Notes: generated by a model from the sequence alone, not told the origin. A stretch of DNA of 64,000 nucleotides from an uncultured virus (IMG/VR IMGVR_UViG_3300033148_004664) (IMGVR_UViG_3300033148_004664), one strand, 5' to 3'. Counted from the first letter of the stretch, positions 51,525 through 61,040 are shown. Program-made: numbers and translations.

Positions 51525-52497
51525 AAGAGAAGAGGATTTTGAAAGTTTACACTTCAAGAGGAATCAAGCATACTTCAGTCAATTACTCTCTTCTGTTCGA
51601 CATTGTGATCATGAACATCTTAGTACATTATTACGTAACTATATCAAAGAATCATTATCGTCGGACGAAATAGCACAGTTATTAGGCGAAGTATCATGTC
51701 CGAGAACACTCGCAGTGTTACTTGATTATATCAATATGATAGACCTTAAATATAATATACCGTATTTTCCCCAATATGTACTTTTGGATTATATAAAAAA
51801 CAAGTATTACAATCCGGATACACTTCAACTTGTTTTAATGGGGTTCAGACGGGGGATAAAAAGTGATGTATCAAATATCTTATCTTCTCTACTGACGGCC
51901 GCGGTAAACAACAAGGATTACTTTGCATTGGATGCAATAGTAGACGAGTTCGATTTAGAGGAAAATTCTTACTTTTTCCTCTCTGCTTTAAATGAAGCGG
52001 GACAAAACAACGATTTCAAGATTCTCAAATATATCATAGAAAAATTCGATGTAGATGTTAGATCCTTATCGGAAGAATACTACCATGTGTTTTTACCTAT
52101 TACATCTGCTATAAGAAACGAAAATATAGAAATGGTTAATTATCTTCTTGATAGAGGAGTTGTTGTAGATAGAGATCTCTATGTCGGATTGTTTGATTTG
52201 GCTGCTTTAAAAAATGATTATTCTATAATTGATACTCTTTATAAGAGAGATTTGACTAAATTAAATATTTTATTATACGAAGCGGCTATATCCAACCATT
52301 TCGAGATAATAGATTACTTATTAGATAAATATAACATAGACTTAAGCACTCCCGAATTCCAAAACACTTCCGAATTCCAAGAGAATCAAGACATAGAAGC
52401 GGTTTTTAATATAGCTGTATCGGAAGGAAAAGAACGTACCGTAAAAAATATTTTAGAACATGGATATACACCCAAAAGAAACTATAAAAAACGCTGA
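51508..52497 (+). CDS. leader-tagged protein 7, ankyrin-repeat-like
   Basis: MLKLSRREEDFESL; PITSAIRNENIEMVNYLLDRG, AAISNHFEIIDYLL. Confidence 0.75.
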   Translation: MLKLSRREEDFESLHFKRNQAYFSQLLSSVRHCDHEHLSTLLRNYIKESLSSDEIAQLLGEVSCPRTLAVLLDYINMIDLKYNIPYFPQYVLLDYIKNKYYNPDTLQLVLMGFRRGIKSDVSNILSSLLTAAVNNKDYFALDAIVDEFDLEENSYFFLSALNEAGQNNDFKILKYIIEKFDVDVRSLSEEYYHVFLPITSAIRNENIEMVNYLLDRGVVVDRDLYVGLFDLAALKNDYSIIDTLYKRDLTKLNILLYEAAISNHFEIIDYLLDKYNIDLSTPEFQNTSEFQENQDIEAVFNIAVSEGKERTVKNILEHGYTPKRNYKKR

Positions 52498-52535
52498 ATC
52501 AAAAAATAGATATACAATAATACCGGAGGCATTCA

Positions 52536-52844
52536 ATGGAAAATAAAAAAGGAAGAGTAAAATCCGACCCGAATGACTTATTGATTCAAGGAGTACGCGA
52601 GAATAATATAAAACTCGTCAAAAAAGCATTACTCAACGGAGCGGATGTCAATATCTATAACGACCTTCCACTCAGATTAGCTTTAATGTATAATAACTAC
52701 GAATTGACTAAACTACTTCTTGAATACGGTGCAAACCCTCACGTAGGAAATGATATATTATATACACTATATGAACCTCCGTTTCAGGAAAAAGTAAACC
52801 CTGAAAACGATAGAATTTACAGGTTACTTCTTAAATATAGATGA
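52536..52844 (+). CDS. ankyrin repeat protein
   Basis: LVKKALLNGADVN, PLRLALMYNNYELTKLLLEYGANPH. Confidence 0.85.
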   Translation: MENKKGRVKSDPNDLLIQGVRENNIKLVKKALLNGADVNIYNDLPLRLALMYNNYELTKLLLEYGANPHVGNDILYTLYEPPFQEKVNPENDRIYRLLLKYR

Positions 52845-52897
52845 TTAACGCCGGCAATTCCAGCCAATTACTTACTGAATAACCTGTAAAACAAACC

Positions 52898-52934
52898 TTA
52901 ATAGTTTATTATATATAATATAATAAACTATTAA
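52898..52934. repeat. perfect 17-bp inverted repeat with 3-nt spacer
   Basis: TTAATAGTTTATTATAT-ATA-ATATAATAAACTATTAA. Confidence 0.9.
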
Positions 52935-52958
52935 TTAAACAGAAGGTGGTATTGATAT

Positions 52959-53513
52959 ATGAATACTGTAAAAAATATTGTATTAAAACAATCGGTAGAT
53001 ATTAAAAAATCTATATTTATGCTCTTATTAACTGGTCTATCAGTAACTAACGTAGCAAAAGAACTGAATATAGACGCGGATACAGTAGAGGATGTTATTA
53101 ATGAAGTTAAAGTAGATCCTAACAGTTTTCAAGAATTTGTATCTACATACTCAAGAGAATCAATATACGATACATCAGACAAGAAAGCACCTATATTCGT
53201 ATCCGCTACTATTTATCATGCTACCGAACACCAAACCGATTCGACACCGATGATAACGGCGGACAACACGGATTTAAATAACATAGATATAAACAAGTAC
53301 AAAATAATCGCCGTATCGAGAGATCTGTTATATATAAACGGCGGTCCTTTGAAATTCGGAGATACTGTATTAGTTACGGGAGCCGGACCTATGGATGGTA
53401 TATGGCATGTACATGATGTTATGAACGCACGATATACCAACCATATAGATTTTCTTGTTGATTCTTCTGTTAAAAGCGGTAGATGGGAGAATGTTGAATT
53501 AACGATTTTATGA
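52959..53513 (+). CDS. 3D-domain (MltA/RlpA-like) protein with N-terminal HTH-like segment
   Basis: ATIY..QTDSTPMITA, IIAVSRDL, FGDTV, VHDVMNARY..IDF; N-terminal GLSVTNVAKELNIDADTV. Confidence 0.8.
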   Translation: MNTVKNIVLKQSVDIKKSIFMLLLTGLSVTNVAKELNIDADTVEDVINEVKVDPNSFQEFVSTYSRESIYDTSDKKAPIFVSATIYHATEHQTDSTPMITADNTDLNNIDINKYKIIAVSRDLLYINGGPLKFGDTVLVTGAGPMDGIWHVHDVMNARYTNHIDFLVDSSVKSGRWENVELTIL

Positions 53514-53526
53514 GGTGGGTATAAAC

Positions 53527-54324
53527 ATGTTGCGATTATCAAGAAGAGAAGAAGATTTCGATTCGTTAAGGAATAGAGCTTTATATACCCTTGATGAATT
53601 CTTGGTTTTCTTGGCGGAGAAATATAAAGAATTACCGAATCATGTCTATAAGGATATGGTATTAGGAAATTTAATAAAGGAATATCCCCTTACTCAATCT
53701 CTTGATGAAATTGTAGACAGAATTCATGCGTTGGGTTACAATTTCCTTATCCCCGCATTCTTAAGAGCTTTTAATGCAAATAAAGAACAATATTTTAAAA
53801 TTATGTTAGAAAGCCTTATGCAACCTAATGCTCCTATGGATGATTATGATAATTATTTCAGGGATATTCATTGGGTGGATTTTTTGAAATATTTGGAAAA
53901 TTATATAGAAACAAGTGAGTCCTTTACGTTCGATAAGGCTTGTATATTATTAGAGAATCTCATTAGAAGTAATTATTATACACAACCGATAAACGCTGTA
54001 TTGAAACGGTTCAAATCGGATTTTGAAAACGAACCGAGGAAATTATATGAAATAGCATTACTTCATGATCACGGATATATGTTGCTCAATCCTATAGGGG
54101 AAGTTTTTGGGGATGAGATGTTTGATAAGTTTTTATCTTTTGCATCTGAAGAAACATCTTATAAATATGAAGGACTTCTTTTCTCCAGCATTCAATGGAT
54201 ATTTGATTATTGTAATTATGAACCAAGTAACGAGTTTTTAGAAAAAATCATAGAGAATTGTAAGAGTAGGTCGTTGTTGGCATTACTGAGATTCTATAAG
54301 AAAAAACCTGATGGAGAAGATTAA
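53527..54324 (+). CDS. leader-tagged protein 8 (unrelated body)
   Basis: MLRLSRREEDFDSL at ATG 53527. Confidence 0.75.
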   Translation: MLRLSRREEDFDSLRNRALYTLDEFLVFLAEKYKELPNHVYKDMVLGNLIKEYPLTQSLDEIVDRIHALGYNFLIPAFLRAFNANKEQYFKIMLESLMQPNAPMDDYDNYFRDIHWVDFLKYLENYIETSESFTFDKACILLENLIRSNYYTQPINAVLKRFKSDFENEPRKLYEIALLHDHGYMLLNPIGEVFGDEMFDKFLSFASEETSYKYEGLLFSSIQWIFDYCNYEPSNEFLEKIIENCKSRSLLALLRFYKKKPDGED

Positions 54325-55520
54325 TGGAAGAATTTGATTACAGTTCTCATCCTAATATTGTTTATCCATCTTTAAGTTGGATTAATGATGCATGGAATGA
54401 TATAGCAGATAGCGTAATTACAGATAGAACATATATAGAGAGTATTTTAGAACGTTCTTTGCTTAATCTCAAATTCGACGTGTGGAAATTGTTAAGCACA
54501 TTGTACAGTCGGCGATTATACACAGTATTTGATATTATATTAGATTACTTGGATAAGAATGATATAGAGACGAAATTTACTGGTGGTCTTGTTGATTTAT
54601 GGGCTAACGTATGTAAAGATGCCCCGATACAGTTTTTAGAAAGACTGTTAGATATTATTTTTGTGACTGTACCGGCAGGATATAAAGTTATTTTCAAGCA
54701 TATACCGGATCGCGGAGCGGATTTTATACGCGAGTATCTTGGAATGTTGGAAGATTTTAATCAAATACCTAATGAATACTCAGAAAAAATTTGGTTATTC
54801 GATCTTTTGAAACAATATCCTTTTGTTGTTATAGATTTCGTAAAGAAACATAATATTAAGTTGGTATGGAATAAATCTGATATTGTAGATTTAATAGACC
54901 GATTTCAATCGCGTAAAATATCTGTTGAGGAATTCAGTGAGATATTACGTGTTTTAGGAATAAGGACTGAATCTTTTATAGCGGAACTTCGTGCTTTCAT
55001 GAGTTATAATCGATCGCCGGGTGAAGATTTATTGACATATATTGTGTTCAGAAACATTCAGTTTTACGGTCGCCCCCCTTTACCTAATGAATGTGTGACT
55101 CATCAAGACTTAGATAATTTTAAGATTTCTATAGAATCGGGTGATGAGGAAGGAATAAAAGAGTTTTTCAAGAAGATAGAGCCTTTTAATGTAGATGGTC
55201 GTATCTTGGTAAAGGAAATAATACCTCAATTACATGTTGTTTTACGTAAAGATAACGTACACATTTTCAAGCTGTTAATGGATTATATAACGATAGATTC
55301 TTTTTATGCAGAATTTTTGCGTTATGCCGAAGTCATATGTACTTATGATAGTTATAAGATAGGAAAATATTTATTATCTGAGTGGGAAAATTCTTCTTAC
55401 ATAAAAATTAATTTTTGGAACAAAGTAAAATGGGAGGCTTATCGTAATAGGAACTGGAAATTTTTAGATTTAATTCGTAACTATGAAGAGTTTTTGTACG
55501 AAGATTACTATAACACATAA
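54324..55520 (+). CDS. helical repeat protein, family B copy 1
   Basis: MEEFDYSSHPNIVYPSLSWI, identical start to next gene. Confidence 0.75.
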   Translation: MEEFDYSSHPNIVYPSLSWINDAWNDIADSVITDRTYIESILERSLLNLKFDVWKLLSTLYSRRLYTVFDIILDYLDKNDIETKFTGGLVDLWANVCKDAPIQFLERLLDIIFVTVPAGYKVIFKHIPDRGADFIREYLGMLEDFNQIPNEYSEKIWLFDLLKQYPFVVIDFVKKHNIKLVWNKSDIVDLIDRFQSRKISVEEFSEILRVLGIRTESFIAELRAFMSYNRSPGEDLLTYIVFRNIQFYGRPPLPNECVTHQDLDNFKISIESGDEEGIKEFFKKIEPFNVDGRILVKEIIPQLHVVLRKDNVHIFKLLMDYITIDSFYAEFLRYAEVICTYDSYKIGKYLLSEWENSSYIKINFWNKVKWEAYRNRNWKFLDLIRNYEEFLYEDYYNT

Positions 55521-55533
55521 AAGGAATATTGAT

Positions 55534-56730
55534 ATGGAAGAATTTGATTACAGTTCTCATCCTAATATTGTTTATCCATCTTTAAGTTGGATTGCTGATG
55601 TATGGAATGATATAATAGAAGGTCATGGGACTATAGATAGAACATATATAGAGAGTATTTTAGAACGATCTCTGCTTAATCTTTCATTTGATGTATGGGG
55701 ACTGTTAAACTCGTTGTATAGCTATAAATTATATACAGTATTTAATATTATATTAGATTACTTGGATGAGAATGATATAGAGACGAAATTTACTGATGGT
55801 CTTGTGTATTTATGGACTAACGCATGTAAGAATGCACCTATACAGTTTTTGGAGCATTTATTGACTATTGTTTTCGCTACTGTACCAGAAGGATATAAGG
55901 TTGTTTACAGACATTTGCCGGTTCGTGGGGAAGATTTTGTACGTGAATATCTTGAGATGATGGGAGATTTTTATATCATACCGAAAAAGGGTTCCGAAGA
56001 GAATATTTGGTTGATTATTTTACTGAAACAATATCCGTCTATTGTTATAGATTTCATAAAGAAATATAACATCGAGTTATCATATAATAAGTCTGATATT
56101 ATAGATTTAATACAACGAGTTCAATCGCGTAAAACATCTGTTGAGGAATTCAGTGAGATATTACGTGTTTTAGGAATAAGATCTGAAAAGGATATAGCGA
56201 GTATTCGTAGTTACATGAGTCGTTCAATGAATGTGAATGAAGATGTATTAACGGATATAGTATTACATTATATTGAGCATTACGGACGCCCACCTTTACC
56301 GGAAGAATGCATAACTCATCAAGATTTCGACGAATTCACAGAAGCAATCGAAAACGGAGACAAAGATGGGATAAAACGATTTTTTGACAAGTTGAATTAT
56401 TCCAGATATAGAAATACATATACTTTATTGAAATCTATAATACCTCAAGTTGTATTTATTATAAACAAAGATGATGTAGATACTTTTAAAGTATTAATAG
56501 ATTACACGGGTTTAGATAATTTTTATTTGGTTTTTCTTTATATGCCGGAAGTTTTATGTGGTAATTACAAAATAAGTGAGTATCTACTTTCGGAGTGGGA
56601 AAATACTCCGCGTGTCAAATTTGATTTTTGGAAGAGAATATGGCACGTGACTAAACTCAATAAGAACGATGATTATCTTACTTTCCTTTCTGAATATAAA
56701 GAATTGTTTGAGGAAGAAACATTATTATGA
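55534..56730 (+). CDS. helical repeat protein, family B copy 2
   Basis: Colinear paralog of 54324..55520; ATG 55534. Confidence 0.75.
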   Translation: MEEFDYSSHPNIVYPSLSWIADVWNDIIEGHGTIDRTYIESILERSLLNLSFDVWGLLNSLYSYKLYTVFNIILDYLDENDIETKFTDGLVYLWTNACKNAPIQFLEHLLTIVFATVPEGYKVVYRHLPVRGEDFVREYLEMMGDFYIIPKKGSEENIWLIILLKQYPSIVIDFIKKYNIELSYNKSDIIDLIQRVQSRKTSVEEFSEILRVLGIRSEKDIASIRSYMSRSMNVNEDVLTDIVLHYIEHYGRPPLPEECITHQDFDEFTEAIENGDKDGIKRFFDKLNYSRYRNTYTLLKSIIPQVVFIINKDDVDTFKVLIDYTGLDNFYLVFLYMPEVLCGNYKISEYLLSEWENTPRVKFDFWKRIWHVTKLNKNDDYLTFLSEYKELFEEETLL

Positions 56731-56750
56731 ACTGAATAGAGAGGGGAAAC

Positions 56751-57542
56751 ATGAGATTAAAACTAAGCAGACGCGAAGAAGAATTCAATAAAATCATTGA
56801 CCCTTATGTAGCGATGACTTGTGAAGATCTAATGAATTACTTTACAACAGTATGTTCCGAGAGCGATACGGAACGCTTGCGTGATGATCCGTTGGTATTA
56901 AAAGGAATTGATGCGTTGTTAGACAAGTGTCATGATAACATACGGTTTTTATTGACTGAATCTATAAATGATGACGATAATGAAGTATTCTACTTGATAA
57001 TACGCGGGTTAATGGAACGTAGAGATGCTTATTTATTCGATGTCAACTTTTTAGTTTCGCGTGTTTGTGCAAAGAGTGCTTATAAATGTTTCAAAGAGTT
57101 GTTGTCAATATTGGAAGGAGATTTGTCTTTCTTATACGTTACGATCGAATATTATTCAACGGATTGTACATTTATACGAAAATGTACTGATTTGTTGATG
57201 GAACGCGGAGTTCCGTTAAGAGCGCGTATATTTGAGGCTTCTAATGGAGCGTGGTTTTTACAGCAGTTCTTGATAAAGTTGATTAATTGCTATGAGAGCG
57301 TTACACCAATAATTTCGTTGTTAAGAAGTAGTGAGGGTATTTCGTTACCGCTGAATTTCTTTTCGTTGCTTGTTATGGAAAGTGATGTTATAAAAGATGA
57401 AACAAGGATTACAGTCGATGATTTCAATTCGTTATTATCGTACTACAAAGGTTCTTATGATGAATTATACAGAAGTTTAGGGACTTATTTGAAAGAGAAC
57501 GGGAGATCTGATTTAATAGCCGTTCTACAAGAAAGGATGTGA
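56751..57542 (+). CDS. leader-tagged protein 9 (unrelated body)
   Basis: MRLKLSRREEEFNK. Confidence 0.75.
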   Translation: MRLKLSRREEEFNKIIDPYVAMTCEDLMNYFTTVCSESDTERLRDDPLVLKGIDALLDKCHDNIRFLLTESINDDDNEVFYLIIRGLMERRDAYLFDVNFLVSRVCAKSAYKCFKELLSILEGDLSFLYVTIEYYSTDCTFIRKCTDLLMERGVPLRARIFEASNGAWFLQQFLIKLINCYESVTPIISLLRSSEGISLPLNFFSLLVMESDVIKDETRITVDDFNSLLSYYKGSYDELYRSLGTYLKENGRSDLIAVLQERM

Positions 57543-57549
57543 AAATAGG

Positions 57550-58299
57550 ATGTTAGATTTACGTTTTGCATACAATTTACCGCAAGAGCTTTCTGATTAT
57601 AGTGGAGAAGATTTAATGACACCCGAAGAGATAGCAAATCATCCATTGGGCAAAGTTTTATTTGATAGAGATAAAATCACTCCTGAATTTATTGAAAACA
57701 AGAAAGTAACTGAGAGATGGATATTCGCTTTTGCGTTCGATGTTTTTAAAAAATTTGATGGTTGGAGTATAGTAAATAGTACTTTTTTAGGAGAAGGTTT
57801 TGATACTGTAGAATTACCAGAAGTAACAGATATTCCTGTCAAAGAACATATATATGTACCAGGTATAGTAGATGGGTTTATACAACGTAGTGTTTATTTG
57901 AGAAACAATGACCCCTGTTACATAGGATTTTTGTATGGTGCGTTAGTACGAAGAGAGAAAAGGTATAATTTTTCGGATGGGTATAAAGCTATTGTCATGG
58001 ATTTAATCGATAATAATATTCCAGAATTCGGTGATTACTTATTTGATCTTATGGATAAGTATGATAATGTAATAGCGTATGTAATTGATAACGAACCATT
58101 TGTTCCCATTGATTTATTGGAGTATCTTGTACTAAGCTGGTTCGTTCTTAATGATTACCCAGACGAATTTTTCAAAGTCATGAAATTAGACTCACTTAGA
58201 GCTGTGTGTCAAAGATACGCAAAAGACTACCCCGCAGTTTGGGAAGATTTTCGTGAACTTGAGCTTATACGATGGCTTGAGAAATTTGTTTGGAGATAA
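57550..58299 (+). CDS. family C copy 1 (MLDLRFA leader)
   Basis: MLDLRFA..LMTPEEIANHPLGKVLFD..WLEK. Confidence 0.75.
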   Translation: MLDLRFAYNLPQELSDYSGEDLMTPEEIANHPLGKVLFDRDKITPEFIENKKVTERWIFAFAFDVFKKFDGWSIVNSTFLGEGFDTVELPEVTDIPVKEHIYVPGIVDGFIQRSVYLRNNDPCYIGFLYGALVRREKRYNFSDGYKAIVMDLIDNNIPEFGDYLFDLMDKYDNVIAYVIDNEPFVPIDLLEYLVLSWFVLNDYPDEFFKVMKLDSLRAVCQRYAKDYPAVWEDFRELELIRWLEKFVWR

Positions 58300-58333
58300 T
58301 AGAGGTTATATTGAGAAAGGATGTGAAAATAGA

Positions 58334-59107
58334 ATGTTAGATTTACGTTTTGCACAAGAAGAAGATATTGATCAAGTTAATACTTCAGAAGAAGAAACCA
58401 GCGGGCAGGAACAAACAGAAACGAATTTAATGACTCCTGAGGAAATAGCTAATCATCCATTAGGTAAAGTTTTATTTGATGTTAATAAACTTACTCCTGA
58501 GTTTATTGAGGTTAATAATATTAATGAGAATTGGTTGATCTCACAAGCAAAGGAAATTTTATTATCACAATGGTATTATAATATCAATGATGCCATTAAT
58601 GGTGACGTTTTTGTTACTCTGCCTCAAATTGTTGTTGGTTCGCCATTTAAACAAGAGATTGATGTTGTTGCTTTACTTGATGGCTTAATTCAATATAAGC
58701 ATAAACCGCGTGCTTTGGGGATGGACGCACTTGCTTTTTTCTATGCTGCTGTTGCAATGTACAGAGAACGTTATTCCAACGAAATAACGAGGTATCTTCA
58801 TGACTTAATTGTGAGTAATATTGATACTTTTACGTCTTACTTGTTTGGTTTTATGTTGAAGAATAACGGTCAGTTTGCTCGTTTAGTAGAGAAAGCCAAA
58901 TGGATACCCCACGAATTTTATGTGAAATTATTTCAACAAGTGTTAGGTCTTGCAAAAAGAAACCCACAAGGATTTTACAATCTTATAACTTCCAGAGGAT
59001 TTATTTTATTGATTAAGCGGTGTCGTAAAGTAGATCCTGAGCTTTATGAAAATATGCGTAAATTTGAATTCATGAAATGGCTTGAGAAAAATGTTTTGAA
59101 AGAATAA
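58334..59107 (+). CDS. family C copy 2 (MLDLRFA leader)
   Basis: MLDLRFAQEED..LMTPEEIANHPLGKVLFD..WLEK; ATG 58334. Confidence 0.75.
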   Translation: MLDLRFAQEEDIDQVNTSEEETSGQEQTETNLMTPEEIANHPLGKVLFDVNKLTPEFIEVNNINENWLISQAKEILLSQWYYNINDAINGDVFVTLPQIVVGSPFKQEIDVVALLDGLIQYKHKPRALGMDALAFFYAAVAMYRERYSNEITRYLHDLIVSNIDTFTSYLFGFMLKNNGQFARLVEKAKWIPHEFYVKLFQQVLGLAKRNPQGFYNLITSRGFILLIKRCRKVDPELYENMRKFEFMKWLEKNVLKE

Positions 59108-59110
59108 TTA

Positions 59111-61039
59111 ATGTTTGGAAATAATAAGATGGAAAGAGAAGAGTTCAATAAAGATAAAAGTTTTTATTACACGGAAAGCGATAGTATAAGATTGGCATTA
59201 GAGGATATATTCAACGATCCTTCTGTCGATAGGGATTATGCTCTTAAATTCATCCGAGGAGCAATACGATCCCCCGATATTTCTGTTTGGTATTTATTGA
59301 GTAAACTAATTGAAGATTATCCTCACAGGACTGATCTGTTTCATATAGTTGTACAAGAAGCTTTGGATGAATATTCAGGGGTGGGGCTGACGAAGGAAGA
59401 ATTTTATGAAAAAGCATATTCATGTTGGTTTACATTGATAGGAAGAACGACGACTACTCCAGAACAGCTACGATTATTGGCTGAGTTGATTATGGAAACA
59501 GTCCCTGGTGGGAAAAATATTCTTCTTAATCCTGATAGATTGATAACAGATAGTTTATTAGATGTTTACATGGATATATTAGAGACTTTCATTGTAATCC
59601 CTGAGCATATTAATATTAATGAAGCAAGAATTCTGATTGATTTTTTGAGAGTAGATTTCAAAAAGGGTGTAGAGTTCATTATGAAACACAATATACATTT
59701 CATGATGAACTCAGAAGTGTTTTCTACAATATTTTTCGCTTTACGTGTTGATAATGTTGACATAAGGTTGATAAGGGACTTTTTGAATTACGCTGTTATT
59801 ACACAAGAAGATGCTTTGGATTGGGCCGAGCAGTGTAAATGCAACATTTATATTGAAAACATACCGTTATATTTTATGCTTATCCATCTTAGCGAGACCG
59901 GAAAACTCCCTGACGATTCGGAGCTTTTGACTCAAGAAACATTAGAAACTTTTTTACAAGATATTATTCATGGTAGTACGGAAAAAGTAGATAAATTTTT
60001 AAGTGAAATAAATCAATACGATAAACCATTGATAGAGCAAATTATACTAAATCGTTTCTTTAAAGATCCTGACGGCCTGTTTTTCGTATTGGAGAATGAT
60101 GATGTAAAGATATTAGAGACACTTTTTAAAGTTGTAGATATTGATTCGTTTTATGAAAAGTTCAATGAATCCAACTCTTCTCAAGAAATTATTTCTTTTA
60201 TTAAGAATAAATGTTTCAATATTTATAAGTATTTACTTGAGACAAGTGAAGAGACGCATGAGTATAAAAGTTTTTGGGATAACGCTCTTTACTTTTCTAT
60301 TATTTATAAAGAACCTGAAGTATTTGATTTTATCGCAGATTATTACTATCCAAAACAAGAAACATCTACTATTTCGTTTGGACTGAAAACTTTAATTAAT
60401 TATTACTTAGATGTAAATTCTCTTGATATTTTATTCTATTACCTTGATACGATTAAAGAAAAAAGTAAGAAGTTTAGTGATCATTTAGTTAAGACAATAT
60501 CTACTATATCGAAAACGTTCAACGATTTGAGTTGGACGGCGTCTTTCCTTGAAACAGCTATGGATAGATACAATATCTCGTGTTTATCTTTTTATGAACT
60601 GAATGCGTTATTGGTCGAAATAATATGGGATCGTACTGAGGAATCTATAAACCAAGACGAGTTGAAATTGTTCTGGGATAAACGGTGTGAGTTGAAAGAT
60701 TACGATATAGATAGTCTTTTACTTGATTCTTTAATAATTGGTTCAATAGACTTGTTTGATTTCATAGCGAAGAACAGCGATTTTTATAACAGAGATTCAC
60801 GCGAGTATTTTATAAAAACTCTCTTGGCTGAAATTATTAGGTCTCCTTCTTACATAAAAGGATTGAAGAGATTTTATGATTCTCCTAAAATACCGAGGGA
60901 TTTAAAAGATGAGATTTTGAGAGTTGTTGTTGAACAAGGACCGAAAAAGAGTATTTACTTGTTACCGAGAGATTATATGCCGTCGGACAAAGATTTGAGA
61001 GAAAAAGTAGAGAATCTTAGACAGCAAGAGGAAATATGA
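59111..61039 (+). CDS. large helical repeat protein, distantly similar to family B
   Basis: GKLPDD..LLTQE..DDV..L..IDSFY..FW parallels GRPPLP..THQD..DDV..DSFY..FW in family B. Confidence 0.7.
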   Translation: MFGNNKMEREEFNKDKSFYYTESDSIRLALEDIFNDPSVDRDYALKFIRGAIRSPDISVWYLLSKLIEDYPHRTDLFHIVVQEALDEYSGVGLTKEEFYEKAYSCWFTLIGRTTTTPEQLRLLAELIMETVPGGKNILLNPDRLITDSLLDVYMDILETFIVIPEHININEARILIDFLRVDFKKGVEFIMKHNIHFMMNSEVFSTIFFALRVDNVDIRLIRDFLNYAVITQEDALDWAEQCKCNIYIENIPLYFMLIHLSETGKLPDDSELLTQETLETFLQDIIHGSTEKVDKFLSEINQYDKPLIEQIILNRFFKDPDGLFFVLENDDVKILETLFKVVDIDSFYEKFNESNSSQEIISFIKNKCFNIYKYLLETSEETHEYKSFWDNALYFSIIYKEPEVFDFIADYYYPKQETSTISFGLKTLINYYLDVNSLDILFYYLDTIKEKSKKFSDHLVKTISTISKTFNDLSWTASFLETAMDRYNISCLSFYELNALLVEIIWDRTEESINQDELKLFWDKRCELKDYDIDSLLLDSLIIGSIDLFDFIAKNSDFYNRDSREYFIKTLLAEIIRSPSYIKGLKRFYDSPKIPRDLKDEILRVVVEQGPKKSIYLLPRDYMPSDKDLREKVENLRQQEEI

Positions 61040-61040
61040 T

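Noticed and set aside
52347..52380. 18-nt tandem duplication (TPEFQN/TSEFQE)
   Set aside because: Only two in-frame copies; an ordinary slippage event.
52441..52540. Frameshift joining the two ankyrin ORFs
   Set aside because: The downstream frame has a TAA at 52518 and its own GGAGG RBS, so they are separate genes.
46280..57542. Repeated ~40-nt leader DNA as a CRISPR array or integron attC-like cassette sites
   Set aside because: The repeats are in-frame coding sequence with synonymous variation, spaced by whole genes and not palindromic; no cas or integrase gene is in the window.
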